DNA of 30,494 nucleotides from a virus. Taxonomy: Duplodnaviria; Caudoviricetes. Of the stretch, positions 1 to 9,106 are shown one piece after another; the stretch's first letter is position 1, and each line of letters opens with the position of its first letter. The notes beneath the pieces are model-generated. The model did no database searches and was not told the origin of the DNA. It saw only the letters and a list, made by a program, of their open reading frames with translations. A program made the translations under genes and the position numbers. The stretch is taken from positions 1 through 30,494 of the IMG/VR virus record IMGVR_UViG_3300020325_000055, one strand, 5' to 3'.

Positions 1-3000
1 AGCTATATCTTCGTAGTTCATCGGCCCTTTGGGTATGTTATCACGAACTTCTTTTGGGGCAGGCTGCGCTCCGATAGAGTTCTTCTCATCGAGCGGTACG
101 AACACGCTTTTTAGAACGTCTCGATCTGTTGCTTTACTTGGTCGTTTACCGTTTACTTCTCTCGGCACGTAACCAATGTTATAGTTTTCAATAGTATCTT
201 TACCCAATAGCCTTTCGACGCCAGAGCCACCGTTTTCTGCTAGTTCTTTAATTTGTCTTTCGCCAATAATTCTATGGGGTCTTTCAAGGGTCTTAGGCAA
301 AAGAATGAGCAGCATGTCATCACGAGTAGTTGGAGCATCAGGTAATGTTTGAACATCGGTCACGTCATTGCCACGACCATCAACAACTTTGGTTACTTGC
401 TCGTCTACATCCAAACCGCCCTTTCGAGCTTTAGCTTCGATAAATGATTGTTCTTCTTCAAGTCGATCTATGTCTGCGTGCTTGGTAAAACTCTTTTCTG
501 CCTCGTCCATCATACGTTCGAAATCTTCTCGAACGGAAATACCTTTTATGTTATCATCGACAATGATGATCGGGTTCTTTTTGTTAGATGGTTGTAGCCC
601 TGCCCGTGCCTTTGCTTCGGCCTCCGTAGTGTATACTTCGAACTTTGTATTACCAGATTTTACGTTTCGTACGAGCGTTCCGTATACGACCTGGCCTTCT
701 TTCGCATTTACATTTCCACGTAATCGCATCCCTGCCCGTGCAGCAAAAGAATATACGGCTCTTAACTTGCCGTTGTTTAAATCCATTTCCGCTCTGGCTC
801 TAGCGGCTTCTCTCGTTTCGTTTCGACGCTGAAGCATATCAGCGCCCTCTGTAATTGTACGTCCGTCGCCTACGTCTAGTCCTCTTCTAAACAGTTTGTT
901 TATTTTAGAAGATGTGCGTTTCTCACCTGTTTTTGGGTCAATCCAGTTTTGGAATACACGGCCTGCATACTTATCAAATGCTAACGCCTCGCCCGATTTA
1001 TCGGTTCGGTCTGCAACTCTTTTATCTGTAAACTTTAAATCGTCAGCCCCTGCTTTTGCAGATAGCTTTGATTTAAACTCAGCGACCTTTTTGTTGTTTT
1101 TGAGGGCCATAAATGTTTCGCCGCCTTCGCCATCAAGAAGATCGACACGACGGCGTATAGCTGCTGCAACATCTGGGTCAAACGGCGTGCCTTCGTCGGC
1201 TGCTGCCTGTATGGCTGCTGATACGTAGTTACGAACTTTTTGCGCTCGTAAGTGTTCGTAGTACCCAGATGCCCGTACGAGATCGTAAAAAACTGCATCG
1301 GCTGCGTCGCTTACTTCTGCTATCTCTGGTGCATCGGGATCATCGCCTGCTAGTACTGCATCGGCTTTAGCTTTATTTGGGTTTGTAAAGTCAGCCTCGT
1401 CTTGTTTTACAGATTTTTCTCCTTTTGCTCTTGCCTGTAGCTCAAGAAGTTTTGCTTCTTTTTTTATACCTCGACCATTAAAAACTTTACCTTCCCTGTT
1501 GTTAAGGAAGGTACGAATTAAACCACGACCTAGCGTTGTAATTACGCCTTTTTTGTCTACTGATCCTTCAGTATCAGCAAGTATTTTACCAATCTCTTCA
1601 TCAGAAAGCGGCGTACGCCCAGCATCTTCAACTGCCTTTCTCTGCTTTGACATTTGATTTTTGCCTTTGCCACCTTTTTCTTGACGGTGTGAAGCAATAC
1701 TTTTTAAAAGTTGTTCATCTGCTTTTTTATCAAACTTAAATTTAATTGGTTTTACGTCAGGTATTTCCAGTTCGTTAGGTATATTTGGCGCTTCTTCGGG
1801 TTCTCCCTCACCAGTGCCACCTGTTTCTTCTCCGCCTTTTTCTCCTTCAGCTTCATTTCGTTTTCGAGCTTCTTCAGCTAAATCGTTTGCCTCTTCTGTA
1901 CTCATGCCCTCAGTATTGTTGGCATCTTTAGCATTAGGTTTAGTTGCTCTTGCTGCTGCTTCTGCTGCACGGTTGCCTGCTATATTTGCATTATCTAAAC
2001 GAGCCGCACGATCTACGTCTGTTGAGTTGAGGAGTTCTTCGAATACTTTGTACTCTTGGTCGTACTCAGCTTTAAGAGCTGTAACATCATCGCCATTGTC
2101 TCGTGCAGTTTTTAAGGCTTTTGCTTTACCTTCAAGCTGATTATCGAGAGCTACTACTTTATTGACCGCTTGCTGTACGTCAGCTCTCTCTTTTTCTATG
2201 TCCAACAAATCATCTTCGGCGTCAGCTCGTAACTCAGGAGACAATGTATCATCGGCTGCATTGATACGTGCAATTCGTTCGAGATCATTAAGCTCTGTAA
2301 TACGACTATCTAATTTATCTGAAAGCGGAGTGCCTGCTCGCCAATCTAGTGCTCGTTGAGCAGGAGCCTTGGATGCTATTGCACCGATAGGCGCACCAAT
2401 ACCAGCAGATAAAACGCCTTCTAACGCACCTACTTTGGCTATATCGCCCGTATCGTATTCATCTCGGATGCCTTGCTGTATCTGACGTGTTTGCTGTAAT
2501 GCTTCGAAGCCAGTACCAATACCCGTACCTACAGTGCCTTCGATCATGGCACCTCGTTTTGCACCACTTTTTACTGCTGTCGATATAGCGTCGCCTTTCG
2601 TAGCGCCGCCAGCTCGTGCAAGTTTAGCTACGCGAGCTGCTTTTGATGCAGCGCCTGCGTATGGTACGAAGTTTATAGGGTCTGCAACAGTCGCTAGTCC
2701 GTAATCTTTTACGCGTTCGAACACAGTTCCACGCGTAGGAGCATTTCGCCATGCCTTTGACAATCGCGTCAACATTGCTTGATCTGAGCCAGCATTATTA
2801 TATTCTGCCATATCTAACCCAGCAGATATAAAGTTACTGTCTTTCCAACGATTGTCTGTATACCAGTCGTCAAGCATATCAGACGTGTTAGCAAACGTCT
2901 GACCTTTTGAATTATAGTATGTACGAAGGTCGTCTAAAAATGCACCGTTGTTTATAAGCTCGCTGCCAGTAAGGCTTGTATAGTCGGGTGCGTTTTGGGT

Positions 3001-3039
3001 AGGCGTTATGCCTCCAAAAATATCATCAAAACTTGACAT
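1..3039 (-). CDS. Large probable internal virion/ejection protein, N-terminal part (at least 1013 codons, truncated at left edge; not in the ORF track)
   Basis: ATG at 3039 preceded by GGAG. Hand translation gives MSSFDDIFGGITPTQNAPDYTSLTGSEL...ATVADPINFVPYAGAASKAARVAKLARAGG with Gly/Ala-rich hydrophobic segments. The frame was open wherever checked, including positions 1-120. It is the last of a run of increasingly large genes after the tail genes, as for podovirus ejection proteins. Confidence 0.75.
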   Translation of the reverse strand, partial: MSSFDDIFGGITPTQNAPDYTSLTGSELINNGAFLDDLRTYYNSKGQTFANTSDMLDDWYTDNRWKDSNFISAGLDMAEYNNAGSDQAMLTRLSKAWRNAPTRGTVFERVKDYGLATVADPINFVPYAGAASKAARVAKLARAGGATKGDAISTAVKSGAKRGAMIEGTVGTGIGTGFEALQQTRQIQQGIRDEYDTGDIAKVGALEGVLSAGIGAPIGAIASKAPAQRALDWRAGTPLSDKLDSRITELNDLERIARINAADDTLSPELRADAEDDLLDIEKERADVQQAVNKVVALDNQLEGKAKALKTARDNGDDVTALKAEYDQEYKVFEELLNSTDVDRAARLDNANIAGNRAAEAAARATKPNAKDANNTEGMSTEEANDLAEEARKRNEAEGEKGGEETGGTGEGEPEEAPNIPNELEIPDVKPIKFKFDKKADEQLLKSIASHRQEKGGKGKNQMSKQRKAVEDAGRTPLSDEEIGKILADTEGSVDKKGVITTLGRGLIRTFLNNREGKVFNGRGIKKEAKLLELQARAKGEKSVKQDEADFTNPNKAKADAVLAGDDPDAPEIAEVSDAADAVFYDLVRASGYYEHLRAQKVRNYVSAAIQAAADEGTPFDPDVAAAIRRRVDLLDGEGGETFMALKNNKKVAEFKSKLSAKAGADDLKFTDKRVADRTDKSGEALAFDKYAGRVFQNWIDPKTGEKRTSSKINKLFRRGLDVGDGRTITEGADMLQRRNETREAARARAEMDLNNGKLRAVYSFAARAGMRLRGNVNAKEGQVVYGTLVRNVKSGNTKFEVYTTEAEAKARAGLQPSNKKNPIIIVDDNIKGISVREDFERMMDEAEKSFTKHADIDRLEEEQSFIEAKARKGGLDVDEQVTKVVDGRGNDVTDVQTLPDAPTTRDDMLLILLPKTLERPHRIIGERQIKELAENGGSGVERLLGKDTIENYNIGYVPREVNGKRPSKATDRDVLKSVFVPLDEKNSIGAQPAPKEVRDNIPKGPMNYEDIA

Positions 3040-3067
3040 CAGGTACTCCATTTAACCAGATTGTTTG

Positions 3068-3099
3068 AGATTAAATGATAGACCCCTGTAAAGTCGTCC
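3068..3099 (-). promoter_or_regulatory. Putative late promoter (GGACGAC-N19-TAATCT)
   Basis: GGACGAC at 3099-3093, one of seven intergenic copies; lies upstream of the large ejection protein gene. Confidence 0.7.
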
Positions 3100-3104
3100 T
3101 TATT

Positions 3105-5999
3105 CTACCTGTTTGAGCGTCTCCTATTTGCGCTCGTACCAGCCCCAGCAGGGTTAGAAAATATTTCTAGAAGTGTTGGTAAGTTTTCTTTTATGTACTG
3201 CTCTTCTTCTTCTGTATATTGAGGGTTACGTGGACTTTCGTTTCGTTTTTTAACAATGCTTTGTTGTAAAACAGCATCATTAGATTGCGATAAGCGTTCA
3301 ACTTCTGCTGCTTGTTCGGCTTCGTATTCAGCTTTACCTCGTTTAATCTTATCTACTAGCTGTCGAGATGTGTTTTGAAGCCCATTGATGGCATTGTCTA
3401 CTTCCTGCTTTTTCAATGTCAAAGCTCTAAGCTCATTTTGAACAGTAGTTCGATCTTCAGCTAAGTTTTGGTTATATAGAGGAGACTTCAGAAGCTGAGA
3501 CAGTCTTTGAATTTCGCTACCCAAATTGCTGCTTGCTGTCTCTAAGTTACGTCCGATTTCTTTAGTTTTCTCAATGGCCTCAACAACAGAACCGCCACTA
3601 CCTAAAGTAGCTATGTACGCGTTTTGGTCGGACATGCTTGTTGATGCACTGATTAATTGTGTAGCATCACCAACGGCACTAAGGGATTGTGTGCCATTAT
3701 CAACAGCAGTTTGTGCAGGAGCAATATCGTCTGCAACGCTGCCTCGATGTATGTCAAAAGTAGCTTTACGTACTTCTTGTCTTGCTTTCGAGTACTCTTG
3801 TTGAAACAACGCACGCTTCGGATCAGTGCTAGCTAAATTCATAAGCTCTCTGATATCAGTAAGTTTTATTGCTCGAAGGGCATTTTCCATAGCAGTTTTT
3901 TCTAGCGATGGAAATTCAGAACCTTTAAACGGTGACTGCAAAAACGATTGCTGAAAAGCCTGATCTATCATAGCACGGGTAACTTTACCGTCTTGCAAGA
4001 AAGTCACTCCATCTTGAGCAGAGTTACTAGCCATTCTATTTAGCTCATTTACAACCATTACAGCCATATCTTGAGACATCGGAATGTTAAGCTCTATTGC
4101 AATGTTTTGTAAAAATCCATTTACGTCTGATGCAATGGCACTGCCTACAACTGTCGGGTCACTTTCCCCAAGCACGTTCGAATTGCCAAGCACATCTTCG
4201 GTATACGTAGATAATTCTTGTAGGTTTATGTTAATGCCTCTAGATGCTCCAAACCCATCTTCCATAGCGTTCGTAGCTGTTGTGAGTTTTTCAATTTCAG
4301 CTTGGTCAGCAGCAGCACGCACTTTATCAAGCGCAATATTAAACTGAGTTTCAGCCATACTTGCAAATCTACTTTCGGCATCTTCGATACCTTTACTTGC
4401 TAGTGCTTCTACAAAGTTTGCAATAAAGTTTTCTTTAGTACTATCGAGTAAAAATTGTTTTTCATTTTCACCCATAATTGATTTTGCTATCTGATTGATT
4501 TCTGCGGTTAGTTCTTCTGTTGCTCCACCAAACTGATCTCGAATAATTTTTTCCTGTGCTTCGTCTAGCTTTACTTCTCGTCCACGTTTTTTACTGATAC
4601 TTGCTTCAAGTTTTGCAATAACGTCGTCAGCAGTAAGGTTATCTTCAACTGCATTTCTGATAATATTGTCTGAACTTTCAACTGCGGTTTGTGCAGCCGA
4701 AATATCTTCTTGAACTTTTGCAGCCTCTTGTTCCTCCATTCTACCTTTGAAGATTTTGTTGGCAGCAAGAAATGTATTCCCGATTTCCACTCCCTCTGGC
4801 GGAACCAACGTAGATATTAACTGGTTGTATTCATCTTGATTACTAGCAAGATTAGCAAATCTTATTGCTTCATTGCCAAGAGATGCAAGCGCCTTGTCAT
4901 TTTTATCTTTTATGTTTCTTGCTATCTGAGCGTCCATGTCACCAAAATCGGGAATGGCACTTGGATCGTATTTTTCTTGTATTGCTTTTTTGCGACGGTC
5001 ATATTCTGCTTGATCCGTAATACCACGAAGCGCCTCAATCTCTTCTGTCGCAAGCCTGTTGCGTGCTGTTGCAACTAACTCAGTAGCAGTCTGTGCCTCA
5101 CCTTTATTTGTACGTACTACTCTATTGTCATATCGTTCGTTAAGTTCTTGGATAGCTCTAGCAGTTTGCTCAACAGTCATGTTACGATTTATAATGTCAT
5201 TGAGCTGGCTTCTGTATTCCTCGCCTCTTCGTTCCACAACAGGTTTGTCTGAGTTGTCAAAGTTGACATTTTCATATGCTTCGTCTGGGTATTTTAACTT
5301 TAAACTGGCTAACTTACTGTTGTAATCTTCAACACTCGTAGCAGTACGAGCTAAATCTTCTAGCTCTATTGCAAACTGATTTGTATTGGTTTTTATCCAA
5401 GTATTATGCCTACCTTGATACGCATTAGTCGCGTCATCTTGCCAAAGAGTGCCAGCAGCAGTCATAACGGCTTCTAGGTTTTCTTTGTTCGGGTTATCCA
5501 TATACGCTTGGATAAGATTGTTATTATCCGTTTTCCATTTTGTCCAAGCAGCAGTTTTAGCTTCTGCTGTAGCAGCAGGAATAAGCTTTGGATTAATATC
5601 AAACTCTTCGAACTGTGCATTTAATTGAGCGTCAAAACCATCTTGTCCGTACATAGTGGCAAGGTCAGCACCAATTTCTTTAGCCAATCTTCTGTTCTCT
5701 AAAGCAATCTTGCGCTCACGCTCTTTTATTAAACGCGCTTCTTCTGCTTCTTTTTTGGCTTCTTCTTTTTTGTACTTGTCATAGTTACGCTGCATCTGGG
5801 CTTTTGATGGTAGTCCACCTAACCCAGCGCCTGTTTCTTTTATCAGATTGTTTGCATAGTCCATACGTTCTTGAACTGTAGCACCTGGGTTGGCGCTCAA
5901 GAAATCATTGTATAGTCTTGCGTTATCAAGACGATCTGCTTTGCGGCGTTCTTCTCCATCTCGAAGAGCACTACTAAATTCACTAAGTCCAAACAGCAT
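3105..5999 (-). CDS. Probable internal virion/ejection protein (964 aa, alpha-helical)
   Basis: Long ORF rich in A/E/Q/K helical sequence, no catalytic motif recognised, located in the ejection gene block. Confidence 0.65.
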   Translation of the reverse strand: MLFGLSEFSSALRDGEERRKADRLDNARLYNDFLSANPGATVQERMDYANNLIKETGAGLGGLPSKAQMQRNYDKYKKEEAKKEAEEARLIKERERKIALENRRLAKEIGADLATMYGQDGFDAQLNAQFEEFDINPKLIPAATAEAKTAAWTKWKTDNNNLIQAYMDNPNKENLEAVMTAAGTLWQDDATNAYQGRHNTWIKTNTNQFAIELEDLARTATSVEDYNSKLASLKLKYPDEAYENVNFDNSDKPVVERRGEEYRSQLNDIINRNMTVEQTARAIQELNERYDNRVVRTNKGEAQTATELVATARNRLATEEIEALRGITDQAEYDRRKKAIQEKYDPSAIPDFGDMDAQIARNIKDKNDKALASLGNEAIRFANLASNQDEYNQLISTLVPPEGVEIGNTFLAANKIFKGRMEEQEAAKVQEDISAAQTAVESSDNIIRNAVEDNLTADDVIAKLEASISKKRGREVKLDEAQEKIIRDQFGGATEELTAEINQIAKSIMGENEKQFLLDSTKENFIANFVEALASKGIEDAESRFASMAETQFNIALDKVRAAADQAEIEKLTTATNAMEDGFGASRGININLQELSTYTEDVLGNSNVLGESDPTVVGSAIASDVNGFLQNIAIELNIPMSQDMAVMVVNELNRMASNSAQDGVTFLQDGKVTRAMIDQAFQQSFLQSPFKGSEFPSLEKTAMENALRAIKLTDIRELMNLASTDPKRALFQQEYSKARQEVRKATFDIHRGSVADDIAPAQTAVDNGTQSLSAVGDATQLISASTSMSDQNAYIATLGSGGSVVEAIEKTKEIGRNLETASSNLGSEIQRLSQLLKSPLYNQNLAEDRTTVQNELRALTLKKQEVDNAINGLQNTSRQLVDKIKRGKAEYEAEQAAEVERLSQSNDAVLQQSIVKKRNESPRNPQYTEEEEQYIKENLPTLLEIFSNPAGAGTSANRRRSNR

Positions 6000-6008
6000 T
6001 TAGAAACC

Positions 6009-7196
6009 CTACTTTAATGATTTACCGCGATTTTGGTTTGTTATTATTTTGTCGATAGCATCCCCAAAAGCCTTGCCAGAGCTTTGTGCGTTACTGACTA
6101 ATGTGCTAGAAAGATTTGCTGCTGATGTTAATGCGTTACCAAAACCAGCGTTCGTACCGCCATCTGCTGCAAACTTATACGGCGATGCCGCCAACGTCAT
6201 TTGATTTGCAGCATAGTCATTAAAGATACCTGACTGGGTATTCATAGTACTTAGAGCAGTAAGGTAATCATTAAGAGCCGCATCGTTACGTAAACTTTGT
6301 ATTGAGCCAAGATCGCTGATCGCTTGTGTACGAGCGTTATTGTAATTGTCGTAAACGTCTAGCCCGTAACCACCCATAGCTATCTCATTATTAACCTGAG
6401 ATGTTGCGTAGTCAGATGCGTTAGCAATAAGGTCTTGACCAAACTTACGCTCTGTAAGGTTCATAAGCTGTTCGCCAGCAGTGGTTTCTTGTACGCCTTT
6501 TGTATATCGAAGGGCGTCATCCATGCCTGCAATCATTGCTTCGTTCAATGCTTTGGCTTCCATGTCGGCTGCGCTTCTTGCAAGCTCGACCTCTAGGGTA
6601 GAGCCACCGCCCATACCTTGACCGCCTTGATCGCTAAGTAATCCACGACGCGCTAAATCTGCTGCACCCTTAGAATACTGACGATCTGCTGCGCCTCGTG
6701 CATTTGCCATACGGGCGTTAATAAATTTGCTTGCGATCTTATCAATGTCTTGCGCCATGTCGTAAGTGCTTGGCGCATTGTAATCGAAGATAGCGTCCTG
6801 ATCTGATACACGACCCTCACCTTGGCTCATGTATCTTTGGGATTTGTTTCTAAAGTCGCTCTCTACATTAAATAGAAATTTAAGGTCACGAGCTTCTTCT
6901 GCGTCTATCTCTCCACGATTTTCAGCTTCTTCAACTTGTCGGGCTAAAGAAAAGTAATCCTTCATACCCTTAAAGTTTTCTACGCTTACATCGTCATAAG
7001 TGCCAAAACCATCGTACAGTTCTGACATAACTCGCTTCATCTCTTCGGAGCCTTGATCGTACAGCTCCATGATTTTGTTATTGCGATCTATCTCAGCCTG
7101 CGTAAGCATCTGCTGTATAGCAAGTTGGTTTTTGGCGTTCTTATTCGAACTGAGCATATTAAACCCAGAAAGTGCCGCCATTGCAAAATCGAGCAT
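6009..7196 (-). CDS. Probable DNA pilot/ejection protein (395 aa)
   Basis: Short hydrophobic N-terminus MLDFAMAALSGFNMLSS followed by KNAKNQ; A/Q/N/G-rich helical body; AGGAG upstream; synteny. Confidence 0.6.
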   Translation of the reverse strand: MLDFAMAALSGFNMLSSNKNAKNQLAIQQMLTQAEIDRNNKIMELYDQGSEEMKRVMSELYDGFGTYDDVSVENFKGMKDYFSLARQVEEAENRGEIDAEEARDLKFLFNVESDFRNKSQRYMSQGEGRVSDQDAIFDYNAPSTYDMAQDIDKIASKFINARMANARGAADRQYSKGAADLARRGLLSDQGGQGMGGGSTLEVELARSAADMEAKALNEAMIAGMDDALRYTKGVQETTAGEQLMNLTERKFGQDLIANASDYATSQVNNEIAMGGYGLDVYDNYNNARTQAISDLGSIQSLRNDAALNDYLTALSTMNTQSGIFNDYAANQMTLAASPYKFAADGGTNAGFGNALTSAANLSSTLVSNAQSSGKAFGDAIDKIITNQNRGKSLK

Positions 7197-7206
7197 AATT
7201 TAACTC

Positions 7207-8343
7207 CTATAAAAGATTGCCGAAGCCTGCTCTTCTTTCTCTCTGGAACGTGCTCAACCCTGCATTGCCGCCTACTGCACCTGGCCCGATAGGCACATTT
7301 ACGTATCTAATTTCGCCTGTATCTTTATCTCTGACAGCTCGTCTTTCGAATAGACCGTTATTAGATGTGAATGTAGGGATAAGTCCTCCCATCATTGATG
7401 GATCAAGCGCAAAACCGTACGCATTTAGAAATGCTGCTGGGTCGTACGCATTTGAACCAAGATCAAGGTTGTCTAGGTATCTGGCAAGATCAGCTTCTGT
7501 TAGATAGTCGTCAGGCAGTGATGTGTTCGTATCACCAGCTCCTTCGTACACGATTGTATTGCCACCGCCAGAATTGTTCATGTTGTTAAGTTGATTTTGT
7601 AAATCAGCAATCTGAGCGTTCAGATCGTCTATTAATGAATTGTTATTGGTAGTCGTATCATTGTTACCAGTGTTGGTGGTAGTATCGTCAGTGTTTGTGG
7701 TCGTCGTATTAGTGTTGGTGTTCGTATTAGTATTAGTGTTGGTGTTAGTGTTTGTGTTTGTATCGACTGCTCCTGTATTTGAGCTACCACTACTACCACT
7801 ACTGAGCGCAGATACTACAGTATTATCAAAACCACTATCGCCGCCATAAAAATTATTGGGAGCACTTTCAAATGTAGTACTAATTTGAGTACCAGAACTA
7901 GAATTTGATCCTATTGGGTTCATACGATCAACAGTTGCAGTAGTTGTACCGTCTTCAAACTCTTCCCAAAATTCATCGTCGCTCAAGTTTGAATTAATTA
8001 AGTCAGCTTCGCTTGTATTACTACCGTCTAAACCACCAGATAGGTTTACACTTCCAGTACCAGCAAGAGCTTCGCTGTCAGAAATATGACCATCGCCGTC
8101 GCTATCGTGCTGACTGTTGTTGACCGTACTAAAGCTGTCACCAGACATTCCTGGCCCACCACCGTCAAACATGTCGGTAAGACTATCATAGCCAAAAAAT
8201 CCGCCGCCGCCGCTATCGTTGTCGTTGTCGTTGCTGCTACTGTCACTACCACCGCTACTACTATCGTTATCACCGCCACCACAGTACGCGATCATTTTAT
8301 TTTTGTTCCAACCTAATCCACATAATTCGTTAAAGGTTTTCAT
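7207..8343 (-). CDS. Low-complexity acidic probable internal virion protein (378 aa) with EF-hand-like loop and TN repeat
   Basis: G/S/D/N/T-rich; YCGGG near the N-terminus; DSDGDGHISDSE loop; TN run; short coiled coil LNAQIADLQNQLNN; ATGA overlap with the GNAT gene. Confidence 0.6.
   Translation of the reverse strand: MKTFNELCGLGWNKNKMIAYCGGGDNDSSSGGSDSSSNDNDNDSGGGGFFGYDSLTDMFDGGGPGMSGDSFSTVNNSQHDSDGDGHISDSEALAGTGSVNLSGGLDGSNTSEADLINSNLSDDEFWEEFEDGTTTATVDRMNPIGSNSSSGTQISTTFESAPNNFYGGDSGFDNTVVSALSSGSSGSSNTGAVDTNTNTNTNTNTNTNTNTNTTTTNTDDTTTNTGNNDTTTNNNSLIDDLNAQIADLQNQLNNMNNSGGGNTIVYEGAGDTNTSLPDDYLTEADLARYLDNLDLGSNAYDPAAFLNAYGFALDPSMMGGLIPTFTSNNGLFERRAVRDKDTGEIRYVNVPIGPGAVGGNAGLSTFQRERRAGFGNLL
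7706..7762 (-). repeat. Degenerate 6-nt tandem repeat encoding a Thr-Asn run
   Basis: Plus strand shows gtatta/gtgttg/gtgttc/gtgttt units, differing only at synonymous positions. Confidence 0.85.
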
Positions 8344-8804
8344 AGCCTAGCCCTCACTGTATATCCAAACGGGGCCATGCCTAGCTTACCCCAAAGTTTT
8401 TGTGTTCTTTCGGGTTTAATGCCAGCATTTGCGCCACCTATAGCTTCGGCTGCATTTACTGACTTAGCCCAAGCAACAAACATTTTCATAAGTCTTGGGC
8501 CAGTCATGCCACCCCGATATTCTTTACTGACGTAAATTAATTTTTCTCTAGCCTGACGAGCCTCGCTAAAAAGCATTGTCCCATAATCACCAAAGAGAAC
8601 GCCAATAATCTTTCTGTTATGCACAGCAACTTTGGCAAATGTTTCTGGTTGATTTTTTATGTAACCAAATAAACTACGTGCCATTTTCTTAGCATTAAAC
8701 TTAAACTTAGGGTCGTCACCCCAAACTGTCTCAGCGTGCATTGTGCTTGTTAAGCGCACAATTTCAGCAAGATCGTCTAGCGTTGCGTCCCTATATTCAA
8801 TCAT
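8340..8804 (-). CDS. GNAT-family acyl/acetyltransferase (154 aa)
   Basis: YRDATLDDL start, IYVSKEYRGG...GPRLM acyl-CoA binding motif A, C-terminal LWGKLGM resembling the usual YxxLGF. Confidence 0.85.
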   Translation of the reverse strand: MIEYRDATLDDLAEIVRLTSTMHAETVWGDDPKFKFNAKKMARSLFGYIKNQPETFAKVAVHNRKIIGVLFGDYGTMLFSEARQAREKLIYVSKEYRGGMTGPRLMKMFVAWAKSVNAAEAIGGANAGIKPERTQKLWGKLGMAPFGYTVRARL

Positions 8805-9049
8805 TTTCGGCCTGTTGCTTTTCGTACTGCATCGTCGATGTTATAAAACTCAATCATCCCACTTTCGGGGTTAAATGATCCTGCGCCACCGATGTCTTGC
8901 AAAAGTTTAATTGTGAACGGTGATGCACGTACAACCATGCTATCTCCTTCACGCCCCATATCTTTAGAGCCAGCTTCTACAGCCGCCTTCTCTTTACGAG
9001 TTCTGATTGACATGCCCGTGTTCGGGCCAAAAACGTCACTAAATGCCAT
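8801..9049 (-). CDS. Small hypothetical virion-associated protein (82 aa)
   Basis: Strong AGGAGG RBS; motif GREGDSMVV...LLQDIGGAGSFNPESGMIEFY; ATGA coupling to the GNAT gene. Confidence 0.65.
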   Translation of the reverse strand: MAFSDVFGPNTGMSIRTRKEKAAVEAGSKDMGREGDSMVVRASPFTIKLLQDIGGAGSFNPESGMIEFYNIDDAVRKATGRK

Positions 9050-9074
9050 GCTGGCCTCCTATGTTAATCCACAA

Positions 9075-9106
9075 ACTATAGGGTAATAGACCTACTACAG
9101 TCGTCC
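9075..9106 (-). promoter_or_regulatory. Putative late promoter (GGACGAC-N19-TATAGT)
   Basis: GGACGAC at 9106-9100, directly after the upstream TAG stop; heads the ejection gene block. Confidence 0.75.

Noticed and set aside
368-2359. Plus-strand ORFs and the minus-strand ORF 1035-1298
   Set aside because: Shadows of the long minus-strand gene 1-3039; Ser/Leu/Phe-rich antisense composition
7640-7849. Val/Leu-rich plus-strand ORF that looks like a membrane protein, and the repeat as a possible CRISPR
   Set aside because: It is the reverse complement of the Thr-Asn repeat; there is no repeat-spacer structure
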